This document shows positions 59,927 to 64,000 of a DNA stretch of 64,000 nt, one piece after another. This DNA is from Bacilli bacterium. GTDB taxonomy: Bacteria > Bacillota_I > Bacilli_A > RFN20 > CAG-826. Each line of letters begins with the position of its first letter. Position 1 is the stretch's first letter. The notes beneath the pieces are model-generated. The model saw only the letters and a list, made by a program, of their open reading frames with translations. It did not search any database and was not told the DNA's origin. A program made the translations under genes and the position numbers. The stretch spans positions 18,131-82,130 of the forward strand of contig JAEDIE010000001.1 of NCBI GenBank assembly GCA_016296775.1, read 5' to 3'.

Positions 59927-60349
59927 ATGTTACAACCAAAAAGAGTTAAATATAGAAGACCTCATATTATTAGATATGAAGGACTTAGTAAAGGTGGAAA
60001 TGAAGTAAGTTTTGGTGAATATGGTCTTCAAGCTACAAGTGGAAACTGGGTTAGCGATAGACAAATCGAAGCTTGCCGTATTGTATTAAGTAGATATACC
60101 AAAAAAGGTGGAAAAGTCTGGATCAGAATTTTCCCACAAATGGCTAAAACCAAAAAACCTGCCGAAGTCCGTATGGGTAGTGGTAAAGGTAGTCCAGAAT
60201 ATTGGGTAGCTGTTGTTAAAAAGAATAGAGTTATGTTTGAAGTTGGCGGAATTTCAGAAGCTGATGCTTATGAAGCCTTAAGACAAGCTAGCTACAAACT
60301 TAACGTTTCAACAAGAATCGTTAAAAGAGTATCTAAGGAGGGTAAATAA
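59927..60349 (+). CDS. rplP: 50S ribosomal protein L16
   Basis: Translation. Confidence 0.95.
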   Translation: MLQPKRVKYRRPHIIRYEGLSKGGNEVSFGEYGLQATSGNWVSDRQIEACRIVLSRYTKKGGKVWIRIFPQMAKTKKPAEVRMGSGKGSPEYWVAVVKKNRVMFEVGGISEADAYEALRQASYKLNVSTRIVKRVSKEGK

Positions 60350-60351
60350 TT

Positions 60352-60549
60352 ATGAAAATTGATGAAATCAGAGAAAAATCAGTCGAAGAACTCAATGAAG
60401 CTATTTACTCACTTAAAGAAAAATTATTCGATTTAAGAAGAAAGAAAGCCGTTGGTCAACTCGAAAACTTAAGTGAAATTAAGAGAGTTAGAAAAGAAAT
60501 CGCAAGATGTTACACAGTTCTTAAAGAAAAAGAACTTGGTGTTAAATAA
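60352..60549 (+). CDS. rpmC: 50S ribosomal protein L29
   Basis: Translation. 65 aa. Confidence 0.9.
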   Translation: MKIDEIREKSVEELNEAIYSLKEKLFDLRRKKAVGQLENLSEIKRVRKEIARCYTVLKEKELGVK

Positions 60550-60559
60550 GGAGTAAGTT

Positions 60560-60883
60560 ATGGATCACAAAAAGAGAATTCAAGGTGAAGTTATCTCAGC
60601 TACAAATGATAAAACCATTAAAATTCAAACAATCCCTTACAAAAAACACCCTCTTTACAAAAAGAGAGTTGAAAAAAGACATACTTACTATGCTCATGAT
60701 GAATTAAATGAAGCTAATGTTGGAGATACAGTCACAATCGTTGAATGTAGACCAATGTCTAAAACAAAGAGATTTAGACTTGAATCAATCGATAAGAAAG
60801 CTTTAGTCAAAATTAAAGTTTTAGAAGAAGAAGCAGTTAAAGAAGCTCTTCATGAAGAAGAAACAACAGAGGAGGCTAAATAA
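60560..60883 (+). CDS. rpsQ: 30S ribosomal protein S17 with an acidic C-terminal tail
   Basis: S17 core plus the C-terminal [19 protein letters not shown]. Confidence 0.9.
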   Translation: MDHKKRIQGEVISATNDKTIKIQTIPYKKHPLYKKRVEKRHTYYAHDELNEANVGDTVTIVECRPMSKTKRFRLESIDKKALVKIKVLEEEAVKEALHEEETTEEAK

Positions 60884-60885
60884 TT

Positions 60886-61260
60886 ATGATACAAACAGAA
60901 ACAAATTTAGTAGTCGCTGATAACTCTGGTGCTCGTTCAGTAAGAGTATTTAGAATTTATGGCGGGAGCCATAGAAAATCTTGTTCAGTTGGTGATATCG
61001 TTCTTTGCGCAGTCAAAGATGCTATCCCAAACGGAAAGATTAAGAAAAGTCAAATTGTCAAAGCAGTAATCGTTAGAACTAGCTATCCAATCCAAAGAAA
61101 AGATGGTTCTTCAATCAGATTCGATGATAACGCTTGCGTTATTATCAATGAAGATAAGACACCAATCGGAACCCGTGTCTTTGGTCCAGTCGCTAGAGAA
61201 TTACGTGAAAAGGGTGATACATTCATGAAGATTATCTCCCTTGCTAATGAAGTCTTATAA
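60886..61260 (+). CDS. rplN: 50S ribosomal protein L14
   Basis: Translation. Confidence 0.95.
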   Translation: MIQTETNLVVADNSGARSVRVFRIYGGSHRKSCSVGDIVLCAVKDAIPNGKIKKSQIVKAVIVRTSYPIQRKDGSSIRFDDNACVIINEDKTPIGTRVFGPVARELREKGDTFMKIISLANEVL

Positions 61261-61272
61261 GGAGAAATGATT

Positions 61273-61584
61273 ATGAAACTTAAAAAAGGTGATAAGGTAA
61301 TTGTCATTTCTGGAAAAGAAAAAGGCAAAACTGGTGTTATTCAAAAAGTAATGCCAAAAGAAAATAAAGTTATTATTGAAGGTTTAAACGTTCGTAAGAA
61401 GAACCAAAAACCTACTCAAGCTAATCCAAAAGGTGGCCAAATTGATATTTATGCCCCAATTGATGCTTCAAATGTTGCTTTCTATGATGAAAAGAGCAAA
61501 AAAGCTGTCAAAATCGGATACAAACTTGATAAAGATGGTAACAAAGTAAGATTTAATAAATCTACTAAAAAAGAAATTAAATAA
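61273..61584 (+). CDS. rplX: 50S ribosomal protein L24
   Basis: KOW motif. Start set at the second ATG, 8 nt after the aggag RBS. Confidence 0.9.
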   Translation: MKLKKGDKVIVISGKEKGKTGVIQKVMPKENKVIIEGLNVRKKNQKPTQANPKGGQIDIYAPIDASNVAFYDEKSKKAVKIGYKLDKDGNKVRFNKSTKKEIK

Positions 61585-61595
61585 AAGGAGAGGGT

Positions 61596-62213
61596 ATGGC
61601 AGAAACAAAGAAAACTACAGCTACAGTTGAAGCTGCAACTTCTGAAAAAGGTGCTCATAAAACAGCTACCTACACAAACAGATTACTCGACAAATACAAT
61701 TCTACAGTTAAGGAAGCATTAATGAAGAAGTTTGAATACACTTCCATTATGCAAGTTCCTCATCTTGACAAGATCGTCGTCAACGTTGGTGTTGGTGATG
61801 CTCTTGAAGACAAGAAGAGAATTGATGAAGTTGTTGATGAAATTGGTGCAATCACTGGTCAAAAACCAATCGTTACAAAAGCTAAGAAATCAATCGCTTC
61901 ATTCAAGTTAAGAGAAGGTGAACCAATTGGTGTCAAAGTTACTCTTAGAGGAATTAGAATGTATGAATTCCTTGATAAACTCGTAAGTATCTCACTCCCA
62001 AGAGTTAGAGACTTCAGAGGTGTAAGTAAAAATAGTTTTGATGGAAGAGGAAATTATACACTTGGTATTAAAGAACAATTAATTTTCCCAGAAATTAACT
62101 ACGATAAAGTTAACAAAGTTAGAGGAATGGACATCGTCATTGTTACAACAGCTAACACTGATGAAGAAGCTTATGCTCTTTTAAAAGAGTTAGGCATGCC
62201 ATTTAGTAAATAA
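61596..62213 (+). CDS. rplE: 50S ribosomal protein L5 (about 25-aa N-terminal extension)
   Basis: Translation. Confidence 0.95.
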   Translation: MAETKKTTATVEAATSEKGAHKTATYTNRLLDKYNSTVKEALMKKFEYTSIMQVPHLDKIVVNVGVGDALEDKKRIDEVVDEIGAITGQKPIVTKAKKSIASFKLREGEPIGVKVTLRGIRMYEFLDKLVSISLPRVRDFRGVSKNSFDGRGNYTLGIKEQLIFPEINYDKVNKVRGMDIVIVTTANTDEEAYALLKELGMPFSK

Positions 62214-62225
62214 TAGGAGGATGTT

Positions 62226-62411
62226 ATGGCAAAGACAAGTTTAAAGGTCAAACAATCAAGACCACAAAAGTTCAAAGTCAGAGAATATACACGTTGTAAA
62301 AGATGTGGACGTCCTCATAGCGTTTATTCCAAATTCGGTTTATGCAGAATTTGTATTAGAGAATTAGCCTACAAGGGCGAAATTCCAGGACTTAAAAAAT
62401 CTTCATGGTAA
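62226..62411 (+). CDS. rpsN: 30S ribosomal protein S14 type Z (zinc-binding, 61 aa)
   Basis: CxxC...CxxC motif [20 protein letters not shown]. Confidence 0.95.
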   Translation: MAKTSLKVKQSRPQKFKVREYTRCKRCGRPHSVYSKFGLCRICIRELAYKGEIPGLKKSSW

Positions 62412-62426
62412 TAGGAGGACAAGAAT

Positions 62427-62825
62427 ATGCATCAAGATCCAATTGCAGATATGCTTACACGCATTAGAAATGCTAATGCATTAAATCATCAAACAGTAAG
62501 TATGCCTTCTAGCAAAATGAAGGTAGGAATCGCTACAATTTTATTAAACGAAGGATTTATTTCTAATTTTGTAGAAAATAAAGCAAGTGATGGAAAGAAA
62601 ACTCTTGAAATCACCCTTAAATATGGTCCAAATAACGAAAAAGTTATTAATGGATTAAAGAGAATCTCTAAGCCAGGTCTTAGAGTTACAGCTGATAGCA
62701 AACATCTTCCATTAGTATTAAGAGGATTAGGAATTGCTATCATCTCAACAAGCAAAGGCTTATTAACAGACAAAGCTTGTAGACAAGCTAATGTCGGTGG
62801 TGAAGTCATTTGCTACGTTTGGTAA
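62427..62825 (+). CDS. rpsH: 30S ribosomal protein S8
   Basis: Translation. Confidence 0.95.
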   Translation: MHQDPIADMLTRIRNANALNHQTVSMPSSKMKVGIATILLNEGFISNFVENKASDGKKTLEITLKYGPNNEKVINGLKRISKPGLRVTADSKHLPLVLRGLGIAIISTSKGLLTDKACRQANVGGEVICYVW

Positions 62826-62839
62826 TAGGAGGGTAAATT

Positions 62840-63406
62840 ATGTCACGTATTGGTAATAAAATTATCCCTATTGCTGAAGGATTAAAAGTTGAAATCAAAG
62901 AAAACTATATTGACATTAAAGGTGCCAAAGGTGAAGATAAGGTTTACTTCGATGCTTCATTAATCGGTGTCAAAATCGAAGATGGTCACGTTGTTGTCAC
63001 AAGAGTCAATGATGAAAAACATACAAAACAATTACATGGTACAACTAGAGCCTTAATTAACAACGCTATGATCGGTTGCCACGAAGGTTTTACCAAAACT
63101 CTTCAAATTGTCGGTATTGGTTATAGAGCTGAAATGAGAGGCGAAGATGTAGTTCTTTACATCGGTCACGTCAAACCTACAATTGTTAAACCTCTTGAAG
63201 GTGTAAAAATTAGTGTTGTTGAATCTAAGTCAAAAGATATTACTTGTACAATTACTGTTACAGGTAATGACAAATTCAGAGTTGGTCAAACCGCTGCCTT
63301 AATTCATGATGCTAAACGTCCAGAACCATACTTAGGAAAAGGTATTCGTTATGTTGGTGAATACATACTTCGTAAGGAAGGTAAGAGAGCTGGTTCAGGT
63401 AAGTAG
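62840..63406 (+). CDS. rplF: 50S ribosomal protein L6
   Basis: Translation. Confidence 0.95.
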   Translation: MSRIGNKIIPIAEGLKVEIKENYIDIKGAKGEDKVYFDASLIGVKIEDGHVVVTRVNDEKHTKQLHGTTRALINNAMIGCHEGFTKTLQIVGIGYRAEMRGEDVVLYIGHVKPTIVKPLEGVKISVVESKSKDITCTITVTGNDKFRVGQTAALIHDAKRPEPYLGKGIRYVGEYILRKEGKRAGSGK

Positions 63407-63421
63407 TAGGAGGAAATTAGT

Positions 63422-63778
63422 ATGATTAAAAGTATTAGTAAAAATACCGTCAGATTAAGAAAACACGCTAGAGTTAGAGCTAAAATTAGCGGTACTAGTG
63501 AATGTCCTCGTCTTTGCGTCTTTAGAAGTAACAAACACATTGAAGTTCAAGTTATCGATGACGTAAAGAGAGTAACTCTTGCCTCAAGTGGTAGCGTTAA
63601 GCTTAAATTAACAGATGGCAACAACATTAATGGTGCTATCAAAGTTGGTGAAGATATCGCTAAACAATGCTTAGCATTAGGCATTGAAAAAGTCGTATTT
63701 GATCGTGGTGGTTACATTTATCACGGACGTGTCAAAGCTTTAGCAGATGCTGCTAGAGAAAACGGACTTAAGTTCTAA
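63422..63778 (+). CDS. rplR: 50S ribosomal protein L18
   Basis: Translation. Confidence 0.95.
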   Translation: MIKSISKNTVRLRKHARVRAKISGTSECPRLCVFRSNKHIEVQVIDDVKRVTLASSGSVKLKLTDGNNINGAIKVGEDIAKQCLALGIEKVVFDRGGYIYHGRVKALADAARENGLKF

Positions 63779-63790
63779 TAGGAGAAAGTT

Positions 63791-64000
63791 ATGGAAGAAA
63801 ATAAAGTAAATAATGCTACTGCACCTGTTTCAAAAGAAGGTGCAACCGATAACAAAAGACCTTTAAGAAAAGGTCCAAGAAAGAACTTTTCTAAAAACAA
63901 TAGAAAAGATGCTCCTAAAGAATTTGAAGAAAGAGTAGTTGGTCTTAACAGAGTCACCAAAGTTGTTAAAGGTGGTAAGAGAATGAAATTTGCTGCTCTT
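63791..64000 (+). CDS. rpsE: 30S ribosomal protein S5. 5' part only, with a lysine/arginine-rich N-terminal extension; it continues beyond the window.
   Basis: RBS ggagaaag. The translation [17 protein letters not shown]...[23 protein letters not shown] ends in the S5 dsRBD-like start. Confidence 0.85.
   Translation, partial: MEENKVNNATAPVSKEGATDNKRPLRKGPRKNFSKNNRKDAPKEFEERVVGLNRVTKVVKGGKRMKFAAL

Noticed and set aside
55963-63960. Numerous 60-106-aa ORFs in alternative frames or on the antisense strand across the ribosomal-protein operon. Examples: 55963-56217 (-), 56106-56351 (+), 57260-57469 (+), 57977-58213 (-), 58329-58529 (-), 58681-58992 (-), 58996-59181 (-), 59114-59347 (-), 59624-59812 (-), 61083-61328 (-), 62489-62809 (-), 63349-63540 (-), 63775-63960 (-).
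   Set aside because: All are embedded in highly conserved ribosomal protein genes, and none has a start signal.

Overview
This is a low-GC, Firmicutes-type chromosomal segment using translation table 11. TGA acts as a stop codon, as shown by ATGA start/stop overlaps and the presence of RF2. Most of the window is core housekeeping genes:
- mnmG(partial)-rsmG-parA-parB;
- an FMN riboswitch controlling ribU; hpf; trpS divergent from cysS-mgtC-rlmB followed by a SigH-like sigma factor;
- pckA divergent from a Na+-pumping oxaloacetate-decarboxylase (oad) operon plus a biotin ligase;
- htpG preceded by a CIRCE element; pyrG;
- the minus-strand cluster dnaX-ybaB-recR-tmk-holB-yaaT-rsmI;
- prfA-prmC-tsaC-rpiB; comFA-comFC; secA-prfB, where prfB carries the classical +1 frameshift site; yitT; uvrB;
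- the S10/spc ribosomal-protein operon from rpsJ through the start of rpsE.
Four tRNAs are present: tRNA-Ser(GGA) on the minus strand, and tRNA-Asn(GTT) plus tRNA-Glu(TTC) on the plus strand. There is no rRNA and no CRISPR array.
Regions that look accessory or unusual are:
(1) a very AT-rich, translationally coupled five-gene cluster of secreted/membrane proteins directly downstream of the SigH-like sigma factor, followed by an orphan acyl carrier protein gene;
(2) an islet downstream of tRNA-Asn/Glu containing a 3x AACTTTTTAACG direct-repeat array with 19-bp period, a lipoprotein gene, a 21-bp-phased GGGTAC iteron-like array flanked by inverted repeats, and a degraded IS3-family element whose terminal inverted repeats are still recognisable;
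(3) an ECF sigma factor with a downstream coiled-coil membrane protein and a convergent XRE regulator;
(4) an internally duplicated DUF1538-type membrane protein followed by two P-II/DarA-like small signalling proteins;
(5) an unassigned 284-aa protein next to the tRNA-Ser 3' end.
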